Shown here: one piece after another, positions 39,580-48,752 of the stretch | Numbering within the stretch: position 1 is the first letter of the stretch | How the letters are laid out: each line of letters opens with the position of its first letter | NCBI GenBank assembly: GCA_963725865.1 | Contig: CAVSAC010000014.1 | Location: 896,001 to 960,000, forward strand | Direction of reading: 5' to 3' | From: Candidatus Eiseniibacteriota bacterium | Lineage (GTDB): Bacteria > Eisenbacteria > RBG-16-71-46 | DNA length: 64,000 nt | The notes under the pieces: model-generated | What the model was told of the DNA's origin: nothing | Database searches by the model: none | Seen by the model: the letters and a program-made list of their open reading frames with translations, nothing else | Translations under genes and position numbers: made by a program

Positions 39580-41328
39580 TCAGTCCACTCGGACGATCTT
39601 GCCGGTGGCCGTCGCTCCGTCGGCGAACACCTTGTAGAAGTACACGCCCCCCGGGGTGGCGCGGTCCGCCTGCCATGCCAGCGAGTGCGCGCCGGGCGAC
39701 ATCAGGCCGGGCTCGAGCGACGCGACGCGGCGGCCCGCCGCCGAGAAGATGTCCACCCGCACGGTCGCCGTCTTCGCGAGCGTGAAGTTGAAGTTCGTCC
39801 GGCTGCGGAACGGGTTCGGCGCGCCGTAGGCAACGAACACGTTGCCGGTCGCGATCGGCGCGGACGCGACGTTGCAGAACAGCGCCGGCGCCGCGGGCGG
39901 AGCCGCGCAGTGCGCCTCGAAGGTCGCGTTGTCGTCCACCTTCAGCGCCGCGGTCTTGAAGTCGTAGATGACCGAGTTCAGCACCTGGCCGCCGGTGCCG
40001 CGGCGCCAGTTGACGCCCGCGGTGGGGCCGGGAAACGTCGGCCCGACGCGCCTGTCGCCGATCATGGTCATGTTCGAGATGGTCGGGTTGGAGCGGCCCG
40101 AGCACACCGTCGCATCGAAATCGAACTCGTTGTCGTCGGCCTCGATGCCCTTGTCGCCGTTCTGGGTGCCCGAGGGTGCGAAGCGCGGGCTCTGGCGCAC
40201 GATCACGAACTGCGAGCGACCGGTGTAGCCCATCTGCCAGTCGTAGCCGTCGTCGGTGCCGTCGATGCCGATCAGGTACTTGCTGTCCATCGCGCCGCCG
40301 AACCACTCGAACGAGTCGTCGGCGCCCAGGAAGGCCTCGAGGTGGTCAGCGGTGGTGCCGCGGCCCACCGCGCAGAACGTGAACGAGTTGAGCTCGTTGT
40401 TGGGCGTGATCTCCTTGCCCGAGAACTCCACGCGGACGTACTGGAGGACGCCGGAGTCGTCGTTGTCGTCGTTGCCGCCGTAGTAACCGATCGCGCCACC
40501 CTCGGCGGCGGCGGAGTCGCCGGCGCACGAGTTGGCGAGGTTGGTCTTGCCGTAGCCGTTGATGATCAGCCCGCCGCCGGCGCCGGTGTGCATCGTGCCC
40601 GGGGCGTCGTCGGACGTGATGACGATCGGCGCGGTCCGTGTGCCGGTCGCGAAGATCTTGGCGCCGCGCTCGACGATGATGGTCCCGAGCGTGGCGCGCT
40701 CCTCGAAGATCACCACGCCGGCCGGGATGGTGAGCGAGGCCTGGCTCTTGACGCGCAGCTGTCCGCGGAGGAGGTAGTTGCTGTCCGCGGCCCAGGTCTG
40801 GCTCGCGTACAGATTGATGTTCTCGTAGACCGCGAGCGGGCGCGGATCGGGCATGCCGACCAGGTGCAGGTCCTGGCGGCCGGCGCCGGTCGAGTCGTAG
40901 TAGGTCCAGCCCTGGGTCCAATCCTCCGCGGGGTCCGGCGACAACGCGCCGGCGTAGCAGGTCTGGGTGAAGAAGCCGTCGTTGGGGACGGTCACCGCGT
41001 GGCCGTAAGCCGGGCTGCCGAGCGCCGGGCGGAAGTCGGGCACCACGTTCGCCTGGTACACGGCGTTCGGGAGCAGCGGATCCGCGTAGAGGTTGTGGGT
41101 GTAGGTCACGGTGCCGAGGTCGGCGGCCGTGAACGGCAACACGCAGGCCGGCCCGGCGGCGGTGCCGGAGAACTGGCCGCGGAACGTGCCGGTGACGTTG
41201 TTGTTGAAGACGACGTTGCCGTCGAAGACCAGCTGCGCGGCGGCGCTGCCCGCGCTCAGAGCGAGCAGCCCGAGCGCGACCAGGCCGCGGCGCAGGCGCG
41301 AGAGTCCGTCGTGGTGTGCGTTTCGCAT
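39580..41328 (-). CDS. Secreted beta-helix-type protein with C-terminal FlgD-Ig/T9SS-like tail
   Basis: SD GGGAGG; signal peptide; GGNDDNDDSGVLQYVRVEFSG, NELNSFT, DDSFEWFGG and GIEADDN; tail PNPFRSRT...FSAAGRRVASL...GVYFYKV. Confidence 0.85.
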   Translation of the reverse strand: MRNAHHDGLSRLRRGLVALGLLALSAGSAAAQLVFDGNVVFNNNVTGTFRGQFSGTAAGPACVLPFTAADLGTVTYTHNLYADPLLPNAVYQANVVPDFRPALGSPAYGHAVTVPNDGFFTQTCYAGALSPDPAEDWTQGWTYYDSTGAGRQDLHLVGMPDPRPLAVYENINLYASQTWAADSNYLLRGQLRVKSQASLTIPAGVVIFEERATLGTIIVERGAKIFATGTRTAPIVITSDDAPGTMHTGAGGGLIINGYGKTNLANSCAGDSAAAEGGAIGYYGGNDDNDDSGVLQYVRVEFSGKEITPNNELNSFTFCAVGRGTTADHLEAFLGADDSFEWFGGAMDSKYLIGIDGTDDGYDWQMGYTGRSQFVIVRQSPRFAPSGTQNGDKGIEADDNEFDFDATVCSGRSNPTISNMTMIGDRRVGPTFPGPTAGVNWRRGTGGQVLNSVIYDFKTAALKVDDNATFEAHCAAPPAAPALFCNVASAPIATGNVFVAYGAPNPFRSRTNFNFTLAKTATVRVDIFSAAGRRVASLEPGLMSPGAHSLAWQADRATPGGVYFYKVFADGATATGKIVRVD

Positions 41329-41551
41329 GTTGCCTCCCGGGGCTGGACGAGTGGACGAGGTCGGCGGAACGGTCCCGGAGGGTCCGGGGTCTCGCGCCAG
41401 GGAGCCAGCCTGCGCGCGCGATCCGGATCCTCTCCAGGCAGATGGGGAGCGGCGTTGACGAGCGGATGGGACCGGGCTCGCAGCAGCCGATGACGACGCA
41501 CCTTCCCAGTGACGGCGACCCCTGTGCTGCGGCCGCTCCCCGACGACCGGC

Positions 41552-41629
41552 ACGCTATCGGGCGCACCCGCGCGATGACGTGACCGGGAGGTGACGCGGC
41601 GGTAAAAGGCGAGCGCCCCCGGCGTGAAC
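41552..41629 (-). promoter_or_regulatory. PHO-box-like array plus -10 box for the beta-helix/TBDR operon
   Basis: Minus strand GTTCACgccgg/GGGCGCtcgcc/TTTTACcgccg/CGTCACctccc/GGTCACgtcat, then TAGCGT. Confidence 0.6.
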
Positions 41630-41645
41630 GAAACCGGGGGCGCTC
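41611..41645 (-). terminator. Hairpin after phoR
   Basis: gagcgcccccgg-11 nt-ccgggggcgctc perfect 12-bp stem, followed on the minus strand by gccTTTT. Confidence 0.6.
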
Positions 41646-41662
41646 GCGGCGCGGCCCGACGG

Positions 41663-43441
41663 TCAGGCGAGGAGGATCGCGGGCGTGCCGCCGCGCGGGA
41701 TCTCGAAGCGGAACGCGCTGCCCGGGCCGGCGCCACTGCGCACCGACACCTCCCCACCGTGGAGCGTGACGATGTGCTTCACGATCGACAGGCCGAGCCC
41801 GGTGCCGCCCCTGTCGCGCGAGCGTGCCTTGTCGACCCGGTAGAAGCGCTCGAAGATCCGCGGCTGATCGTCCTCGGGGATGCCGCAGCCGGTGTCGCGC
41901 ACCTCGCACCACGCGCGTACCTCGTCGCCCCCGAGGGCGACCCGCACCTCGCCCTGCTCGGTGTACTTGACCGCGTTGTCGAGCAGGTTGGCGAACACTT
42001 GCTCCAGGCGCGCGCGGTCGGCGGTGACCGGCTGCGTCTCGCCGGGCTCGAGCGTCAGCGCCAGACCGCCCTGCTCGGCGCGGCGGCGGAACGCGGTCAG
42101 CTGCGCCGCCGCCAGCTCGCGCAGGTCGAAGCGCTCCACCCGCAGGCGAGTGCCGGGCCGTTCGAGCTCGGCCAGCGAGAGCAGGTCGTCGACCAGCGCC
42201 TCGAGCCGTGCCGCCTGGTCGCGGATCACGCGCACGAAGGCCTCGCGGTTCGCGGTGTCCTCGAGCCCGCCGTCGAGCAGCGTCTCGGCGTAGCCGCGCA
42301 GCGACGTGAGCGGCGTGCGCAGCTCATGCGAGACGTTCGCGACGAAGTCCTGCCGCACGCGGTCGAGCCGCTCCACCTCGGTGAGGTCGTGCACCACCAG
42401 CAGCACCGGCGCGCGTCCCGGACCGCCGAGCGGGGTGCCGGTGGCGCGCAGGGAATGCTGGCCGGGCGACCACAGCCGGACGTCGCGCTCCACCGTGTGG
42501 CCCTCGGCGCGAGCCGCCTTGAGCAGCTCGTCGAGCTCGGGAGCACGCGCGAACTCGGCCAGCGGCGTCCCCGGCGGCGGCGGCAACGGCGAGCCCAGCA
42601 GCTCCGCGAGCGCGTGGTTCATGTGCACCACGCGACCGTCGCCGTCGATCAGCGCCACCCCGTCGGTCATGTGGGCGAGGATGCGCTCCCGCTCGTCGCG
42701 TTCGCTCTCGAGCGCCTCGAGCCGCGCGCGCAGCACGCCCGCGGTCCGGTTGAGCGCGGCGCCGAGCCGGCCCAGCTCGTCGGCGGGCTGCTCCTGCGCA
42801 CGCACCGCGGGATCGCCGGCGCCGATGGCGTGCGCCACCGACTCCAGCGCGCGCACGCGCTCGGCCTGCTGGTGCGCGACCCGGAACACCACCGCGAGCG
42901 CGACCAGCAGCGTGGCGACCGCGGCCAGCACCAGCAGTCCGAGCAGCGCGGTCGTCAGGCGCGTGAGGTCGGCGAGCGGCTCCGAGACACGCACGACCCT
43001 GACCGCGCCGGCGCGGGCCGGGAACGCGACGTACAGCAGGTCGGCGCCGAGCGTCGCGCTGTGCCGCACCGCGACGCCCTCGCGGCCCTGCAGCGCGGCG
43101 TGGATCTCGAGGCGGCTGGCGTGGTTGTCGAGCGTGGCGAGCCGCGACTGCGGCACGGAGGCATCGCCGAGCACGCGCCCGGTCGAGTCGATCAGTGTCA
43201 CCCGGCAGGCGAGCGCCTTGCCCATCTCGGCGGCGAAGCCGGGCCAATCGGAGGCGAGCGCGAACGGGTCGCGGCGCAGCTCGCGCGCGGTGGTACGCGC
43301 CGAGCGTTCGAGCGCCTGGGTGCTGAGGCGCAGTACCCACGCGCGCTGCTCGCGCACCGCGACCAGGGTGACGGCCGCGAGCGCGAGCGCCACGACGAGG
43401 CCGTAGGCCACGAACAGCCGCGTGCGGATGGGAAGCGCCAC
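41663..43441 (-). CDS. phoR: Phosphate regulon sensor kinase (HAMP-PAS-HisKA-HATPase)
   Basis: DNHASRLEI, RQDFVANVSHELRTPLTS and RIFERFYRVDKARSR..GGTGLGLSIVKH; pst context. Confidence 0.92.
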   Translation of the reverse strand: MALPIRTRLFVAYGLVVALALAAVTLVAVREQRAWVLRLSTQALERSARTTARELRRDPFALASDWPGFAAEMGKALACRVTLIDSTGRVLGDASVPQSRLATLDNHASRLEIHAALQGREGVAVRHSATLGADLLYVAFPARAGAVRVVRVSEPLADLTRLTTALLGLLVLAAVATLLVALAVVFRVAHQQAERVRALESVAHAIGAGDPAVRAQEQPADELGRLGAALNRTAGVLRARLEALESERDERERILAHMTDGVALIDGDGRVVHMNHALAELLGSPLPPPPGTPLAEFARAPELDELLKAARAEGHTVERDVRLWSPGQHSLRATGTPLGGPGRAPVLLVVHDLTEVERLDRVRQDFVANVSHELRTPLTSLRGYAETLLDGGLEDTANREAFVRVIRDQAARLEALVDDLLSLAELERPGTRLRVERFDLRELAAAQLTAFRRRAEQGGLALTLEPGETQPVTADRARLEQVFANLLDNAVKYTEQGEVRVALGGDEVRAWCEVRDTGCGIPEDDQPRIFERFYRVDKARSRDRGGTGLGLSIVKHIVTLHGGEVSVRSGAGPGSAFRFEIPRGGTPAILLA

Positions 43442-43460
43442 CGTCGGCCGCCGTGCCGGG

Positions 43461-44159
43461 TCAGCGCCCGGGAGTCTTGGCCGGAGCGACGAGCTTGTAG
43501 CCCGCTCCGGTCACGGTCTCGATCACGTGGTGCTCGTCGCCCAGCTTGGCGCGCAGGCGGCGCACGTGGACGTCGACCGTGCGGGTCTCTCCCACGTAGT
43601 CATAGCCCCACACCTTGCGCAGCAGCTCCTCGCGCGAGAACACGCGACCCGGATGGCGGGCGAGGAACGCCAGCAGCTCGAACTCGCGCGGCGTGAGCTC
43701 GAGCGCGCGACCGCGGAACCCGATCTCGTGCGCGAGCGTGTCCACGCGCAACGAGCCGGCCTCGAGCACGCCCTCCTCCCGCGACGGGCGGGCACGGCGC
43801 AGGAGGGCCTGCAGGCGCGCCGTCAGCTCGCGCGGGCTGAATGGCTTGGTCATGTAGTCGTCGGCGCCGCGCTCGAAGCCGAGCAGCTTGTCCATCTCGG
43901 CGCCGCGCGCGGTCAGCACCACGACCGGCAGATCGCGGGTGGCCGGTTCCTCGCGCACCTCGCGCAGGATCTCGAGCCCGCTGCGCCCCGGGAGCATGAG
44001 ATCGAGGACCAGCGCGTCGGGGCGCGACGCGAAGAGGCGTTCGGTCGCCTCCTCGCCGTCCGCGAACGCGGCCACGCGGAATCCGGCTCGCTCGAGGTTG
44101 TACTTCAGGAGGTCGCGGATCTCCTTCTCGTCCTCGACCACCATCACCAGGTCCGCCAT
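43461..44159 (-). CDS. phoB: Phosphate regulon response regulator PhoB/PhoP
   Basis: LDLMLPG, GADDYMTKPFS and VWGYDYVGETRTVDVHVRRLR; adjacent to phoR. Confidence 0.9.
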   Translation of the reverse strand: MADLVMVVEDEKEIRDLLKYNLERAGFRVAAFADGEEATERLFASRPDALVLDLMLPGRSGLEILREVREEPATRDLPVVVLTARGAEMDKLLGFERGADDYMTKPFSPRELTARLQALLRRARPSREEGVLEAGSLRVDTLAHEIGFRGRALELTPREFELLAFLARHPGRVFSREELLRKVWGYDYVGETRTVDVHVRRLRAKLGDEHHVIETVTGAGYKLVAPAKTPGR

Positions 44160-44180
44160 GCGCTCCTCCGATCGGCGGCG

Positions 44181-44236
44181 ATGCTACGCGTGGCCTCGGT
44201 GAAGGGCAATCGTCGGGGTGTTTCCGGGTTGTGACA
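44181..44236 (-). promoter_or_regulatory. PHO-box-like repeats plus -10 box for phoB (possible autoregulation)
   Basis: Minus strand TGTCACaaccc/GGAAACacccc ... CTTCAC ... TAGCAT. Confidence 0.55.
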
Positions 44237-44340
44237 TCCGCGAGCGGCAGGCTAGATTGCGGGCCGACCCTGCAGGATCCCGCGTCCGCCCGCGCCTCAG
44301 CGGTCGCGGCCGCGACCCACGTTGTCCCGGGAAGGCTCCC

Positions 44341-46041
44341 ATGACCGAGACCCGCCAGGTGCCGCGTTGGCTCCCGCTGCTCGTCGTCGCGGTCCTGCTC
44401 GCGCTCGCGGCGCTCTCGCACGGCCCCGAGCAGGTGCTGCAGCTTGCGCGCACGGCGCCATGGCGGGGACACGGCTTCGGCCAGCTGCCCGCCGCCGCCG
44501 GGTGGTCGGTGTTTCGCATGGTCGCGTCGATGATGTTCTCCCTGGTGTTCGCGTGGGTCGTGGGCTACCGGGCCGCCCTGGATCCGCGCGCCGCGCGCGT
44601 GCTGTTGCCGCTCCTCGACGTGGGGCAGTCGGTGCCGGTGCTGGGGTTCTTCCCGGCCGCCATCTTCGTGTTCATCTCGCTGTTCGGCGGTGGCCGGCCC
44701 GCGCTCGAGATGGCCTCGATCTTCCTCATCTTCACCAGCCAGGCCTGGAACATGGCCTTCGCGGTCTACGAGGGGATCTCCACGATCCCGCTCGAGACCC
44801 GCGCCGCCGTCGACAGCCTCGGCGTGCGCGGCGTGCTGCGCATGCGTTCCCTGCTGATGCCGGCGTGCGTGCCGCCGCTCCTGTTCAACACGATCCTCTC
44901 GTGGACCAACGGGTGGTACTTCCTGATCGCGTGCGAGATCATCGTCGCCGGCCGCGCCCAGTACGAACTGCCTGGGCTCGGCAGCACGCTCTCGCACGCG
45001 CTCGCGACCGGGGACATCCGGCTCGCGGTGGCGGCACTCGTCATCCTGCTGCTGATCGTGGTCGCGCTGGAGATGGTGGTGTGGCGGCCGTTGCGCGCGT
45101 GGGCCGCCCGGTTCCGTTACGAGGCCACGCGCGAGGATGCCGCCGAGGAGGCCGCGCCGGCGTGGGTGAGCGTCGGATTGCCCCTGCTGGTGCGCCCGCT
45201 GCGCGTGCTGGGCCGCTGGGTGTGGCGCCGCGTGTCGGTGCCGCGCGTGGATGCCTGGCTGCCGGCCGCCGGGAAGTTCGCGCGTCGCGGGTGGCGCGTG
45301 CTGCGGTGGCCCGTCGGGCTCGCCGCGCTGGCGGCGACGATCCTGGCGCTGGTGGCGACCGCGCGCGCGCTCGCCCCACCCTGGCCCCGGGAGGCCGCCA
45401 GCGTGCCGCTGGCGCTGCTGTTCTCGTTCCTGCGCATCAACGCGGCGTACGTGCTGGCGCTCGCGTGGATCCTCCCCGCGGTGTTGTGGGCGAGCGACCA
45501 TCCGCGTGGCGCCCGTGCGCTCTCACTGGTTGCGCAGGTCGGGGCGTCGATTCCCGCCACGGCGTTCTTCCCGGTGCTGGTGGCGCTGTTCGTCCAGCAC
45601 TTCGGCGGGATGGAGATGATCTCGGTGGCGCTGGCGCTGACGGGCATGCAGTGGTATCTGCTCTTCAATCTGCTCGCCGGGGTACAGCGCGTCCCCGGCG
45701 ACCTGCGCGAGTCGCTGCGCGCGCTGGGGCTGTCGCGCTGGCAGATCCATCGCCGGCTGGTGCTGCCGGCCTGCATGCCGTCCCTCGTCACCGGCAGCGT
45801 GGTGGCGTGGGGCGGCACGTGGAACGCACTGATCCTGTCCGAGTACGTGGTGTACAAGGAGCACACGTACTCCGTGCTGGGCGTGGGCGCGCTGCTGAAC
45901 CGCGCGACCTTCGTGACGGGGAGCCGCACGCTGCTGTTCCTGTCGCTGGCGGCGCTCGTCATCACCGTGGTGTCGTTCAACCACCTGGTGTGGCGGCGCC
46001 TGTACGAGCATGTGACCGCACGGTACCGCCTGGAGGGCTGA
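44341..46041 (+). CDS. ABC transporter permease with two fused TM domains (NitT/TauT-like)
   Basis: LDVGQSVPVLGFFP, IFTSQAWNM, MQWYLLFN and WGGTWNA. Confidence 0.88.
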   Translation: MTETRQVPRWLPLLVVAVLLALAALSHGPEQVLQLARTAPWRGHGFGQLPAAAGWSVFRMVASMMFSLVFAWVVGYRAALDPRAARVLLPLLDVGQSVPVLGFFPAAIFVFISLFGGGRPALEMASIFLIFTSQAWNMAFAVYEGISTIPLETRAAVDSLGVRGVLRMRSLLMPACVPPLLFNTILSWTNGWYFLIACEIIVAGRAQYELPGLGSTLSHALATGDIRLAVAALVILLLIVVALEMVVWRPLRAWAARFRYEATREDAAEEAAPAWVSVGLPLLVRPLRVLGRWVWRRVSVPRVDAWLPAAGKFARRGWRVLRWPVGLAALAATILALVATARALAPPWPREAASVPLALLFSFLRINAAYVLALAWILPAVLWASDHPRGARALSLVAQVGASIPATAFFPVLVALFVQHFGGMEMISVALALTGMQWYLLFNLLAGVQRVPGDLRESLRALGLSRWQIHRRLVLPACMPSLVTGSVVAWGGTWNALILSEYVVYKEHTYSVLGVGALLNRATFVTGSRTLLFLSLAALVITVVSFNHLVWRRLYEHVTARYRLEG

Positions 46042-46044
46042 GCG

Positions 46045-46788
46045 TTGCTCGAGCTGCGACACGTCACCCGCACCTTCACCGACCGGGGTCGCGAGATCCC
46101 GGCGGTCGAGGACATCAGCTTGCAGGTGCCGGACCGTGAGTTCCTGTGCATCGTCGGGCCCTCGGGGTGCGGCAAGTCCACGATGCTGCGCCTCATGATG
46201 GGGCTGCTCCCCCCGACGCGCGGCCAGGTGCTCTACGAGGGTGCCGCGCTCGCGGGCGTGAACCTGCGGGCCGCGATGGTGTTCCAGTCGTTCGCGCTGC
46301 TGCCCTGGCTGACGGTGCAGGGCAATGTCGAGCTGGGGCTCAAGGCGCGCGAACTGCCCGAGGACGCGGTGCGCCGCCGGGCGGCCCACTACCTCGACAA
46401 GGTCGGCCTCGACGGATACGAAGAAGCCTACCCGCGCGAACTCTCCGGCGGGATGAAGCAGCGGGCGGGCCTCGCGCGCGCCCTCGCTGTGGAGCCGGAG
46501 CTGCTGTTCATGGACGAGCCGTTCGCCGGCCTCGACGCCCTCACCTCCGCCAACCTGCGCGAAGAGGTGCTCACCCTGTGGGCCGACCACGCGATGCCGG
46601 TGAACACGGTCGTGATGGTGACCCACATCATCGAGGAGGCCGTGCTGATGGCGGACCGCGTGGTCGTGCTCACCCCCCACCCGGGGCGCATCGCCGCCGA
46701 CGTCCCGATCGCGCTCGAGCGCCCGCGCAACAAGCGCGACCCCGGTTTCGACCAGGTCGTGGACTCGATCTTCGAGAAGATCGTGTGA
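46045..46788 (+). CDS. ABC transporter ATP-binding protein (NitT/TauT-like)
   Basis: [17 protein letters not shown] and MDEPF; TTG start. Confidence 0.92.
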   Translation: MLELRHVTRTFTDRGREIPAVEDISLQVPDREFLCIVGPSGCGKSTMLRLMMGLLPPTRGQVLYEGAALAGVNLRAAMVFQSFALLPWLTVQGNVELGLKARELPEDAVRRRAAHYLDKVGLDGYEEAYPRELSGGMKQRAGLARALAVEPELLFMDEPFAGLDALTSANLREEVLTLWADHAMPVNTVVMVTHIIEEAVLMADRVVVLTPHPGRIAADVPIALERPRNKRDPGFDQVVDSIFEKIV

Positions 46789-46798
46789 GCGCCGCCCG

Positions 46799-47686
46799 AT
46801 GACGCTCTCTCACGACGCAGGAGCGGTGACGGTGGAGCGGCTCGGACCGGCCGATCTGGTCGAGGCGTTCGGGTTCCTCGACGATGACCCGGTGCTCAAC
46901 GTGTACGTGCTGGCGCTCCTGCTGCGTGACGGATTGCGCACCACGCGCGACGAGTACTGGGCCGCCCGGCGCGCCGGCCGCCTGGTCGCGCTGCTGCACC
47001 TGGGCGGGCACTCGGGCGCGGTCCTGCCGGTCGGCGACGACGCGCAGGCCAGCGCCGCGCTCGCGGACCGCTTCGTCGAGCGCCGCTCGTTCGTGCCGCG
47101 TCGGTTCCAGGTCATCGGTCCCGCGAGCGCCGTGGCGGCCCTCGCCACCCGCCTGGCCGAGGCGGGACTCGAGCCCCGCCTGCTCCGCCGCCAGCTCTAC
47201 ATGTCGCTCCGACCACGGGACCTCCCGGAGTTCGAGCGTGTCCCTGAACTGCGCCCGGCGCGTCCCGAGGACTACGCGCTCATCTTCGAGAGCGGAGCCG
47301 CCTTGCGCGCCGAGGAGCTCGAGGAGGATCCGCGCCTCGCGGATCCGCTCGGTTACGCACGGCGGGTCGAGGAGGAATGCCGCGACGGCTACACCCGGGT
47401 GTGGCTCGACGATGAAGGGCTGTGCTTTCGCGCGAGCGTCAGCGCACGCACCGCCGACGCCGCCCAGATCTCGGGGGTCTACGTGCCGCCCCACCGGCGA
47501 GGGCGCGGCCTCGCGACGCGCGGGATGGCAGAGCTCTGCACGCGTCTGGCCGAGCAGTCGCGCGCGCTGTGTCTGTTCGTCAACGACGTCAACGCGCCCG
47601 CCATCGCCGTCTACCGGCGCATCGGCTTCCGCGACCACGCCGCGTGGGCCTCGGCGTTCTACGGTCTCGCGCACCCTTCGGGCTGA
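46799..47686 (+). CDS. GNAT family N-acetyltransferase
   Basis: GVYVPPHRRGRGLA and N.PAIAVYRRIGF. Confidence 0.88.
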   Translation: MTLSHDAGAVTVERLGPADLVEAFGFLDDDPVLNVYVLALLLRDGLRTTRDEYWAARRAGRLVALLHLGGHSGAVLPVGDDAQASAALADRFVERRSFVPRRFQVIGPASAVAALATRLAEAGLEPRLLRRQLYMSLRPRDLPEFERVPELRPARPEDYALIFESGAALRAEELEEDPRLADPLGYARRVEEECRDGYTRVWLDDEGLCFRASVSARTADAAQISGVYVPPHRRGRGLATRGMAELCTRLAEQSRALCLFVNDVNAPAIAVYRRIGFRDHAAWASAFYGLAHPSG

Positions 47687-47788
47687 GCCGGCGAGCGATT
47701 CGCCGCGGCTTGACCGCCATGGCGCGATTCTGCGACGTTCGGCGATCGACGCGCCCCGCGATTGCAGCACGACCACCGGAGGTTTGAT

Positions 47789-48430
47789 GTGAGCTCCTTG
47801 CGGAATGCCGCGCTCGTCGCGGCCCTGTCGCTCGTCGCCGCGCCGGCCGCGCGCGCGCAGGTGTTCGGCCAGTACTGCGGCGCCGCCACCCTGCCGATGA
47901 ATGGGCACCTGTTCGGGGGCTACCTGAACGCGAGCAAAAACGTCGTGGGATTGTCCGCCCAACTGCGCCTGAGCTTCTATCCGAACGTGGATTTCGGCTT
48001 CCAGGGTGGCCTCAGTCGAATCAACTACCCGGGCCATGCCGATCGGACCGTGCTGCGGCTCGGCACCGATGTGAAGTTCGCCGTCGCGAAGGCCAACGAT
48101 CGCGTGCCGTTCGATCTCGCGCTCGACGGCGGCCTGGGCGTGGAGTCGGGCGACAACTACCAGGTGATCGCCCTCGGTCCCTCACTCGTGGGCAGCCGTG
48201 ACTACGGGACATCGGAGCGCGGGGTCACGCCTTTTGCGAGCGTCGGGCTCCTGTTCTCGAACATCGATGTCGGAGACAACAGCTCGACCGATGTGTCGAT
48301 GCCGCTGCGCGGCGGCGCCGAGTGGCGCGTCGCCCCGGACGTGCGCATCACCGGGGAGCTCCAGCTACGGCTAGGAGACGAGTTCAACGACGATGTCGGA
48401 TTCCAGGTGGGCGTGCATCTGCCCTTCTGA
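47789..48430 (+). CDS. Hypothetical outer-membrane beta-barrel protein
   Basis: SD GGAGG before the GTG at 47789; signal peptide ending ARA; C-terminal Phe. Confidence 0.7.
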   Translation: MSSLRNAALVAALSLVAAPAARAQVFGQYCGAATLPMNGHLFGGYLNASKNVVGLSAQLRLSFYPNVDFGFQGGLSRINYPGHADRTVLRLGTDVKFAVAKANDRVPFDLALDGGLGVESGDNYQVIALGPSLVGSRDYGTSERGVTPFASVGLLFSNIDVGDNSSTDVSMPLRGGAEWRVAPDVRITGELQLRLGDEFNDDVGFQVGVHLPF

Positions 48431-48573
48431 GCCCCTCCCGGGGGCCTCCGACGGCCAGCCTAGCGCCAAATCAGGTCGCGGCCGCCGTGCACGCCCGAGC
48501 AGGGTGGTGCGAGATCCAATAAACGATTGTCATACAATGAATTGGGTAGCAGTCACCAAGCCCAGAATGAGGC

Positions 48574-48602
48574 TTGTACGCCCCCTAGCCCGGTGCTAGC
48601 CT
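48574..48602 (+). promoter_or_regulatory. Sigma70 promoter upstream of dnaA
   Basis: TTGTAC-17 nt-TAGCCT with extended TG. Confidence 0.5.
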
Positions 48603-48752
48603 ACCGCTCCCCCCACCAATGCCCCTCGCTTAGGGCGCATTCGATGGGCGGACCATGACCTATCAACCTCAATCATCAAAACGCTTTAGACCAGGCTTGC
48701 GGGTTCTTGCGCGAGGCCTGGATCGTGATTCGCTTCAGTCTGTTCGGCGATT

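Noticed and set aside
36940..41493. 1517-aa plus-strand ORF and many other long antisense or alternate-frame ORFs (e.g. 12817-15888, 13245-15776, 54397-57192)
   Set aside because: They are shadows of real genes in very GC-rich DNA, Arg/Ala/Gly/Pro-rich with no motifs; the overlapping frame has clear family signatures
41495..41515. CACTGGGAAGG on the minus strand, resembling part of a cobalamin riboswitch upstream of a TBDR operon
   Set aside because: The other conserved B12-box elements could not be found, and the context is phosphate rather than B12
41444..41541. Possible SRP RNA or 6S RNA
   Set aside because: It lacks the SRP domain IV loop sequence and is too short for 6S
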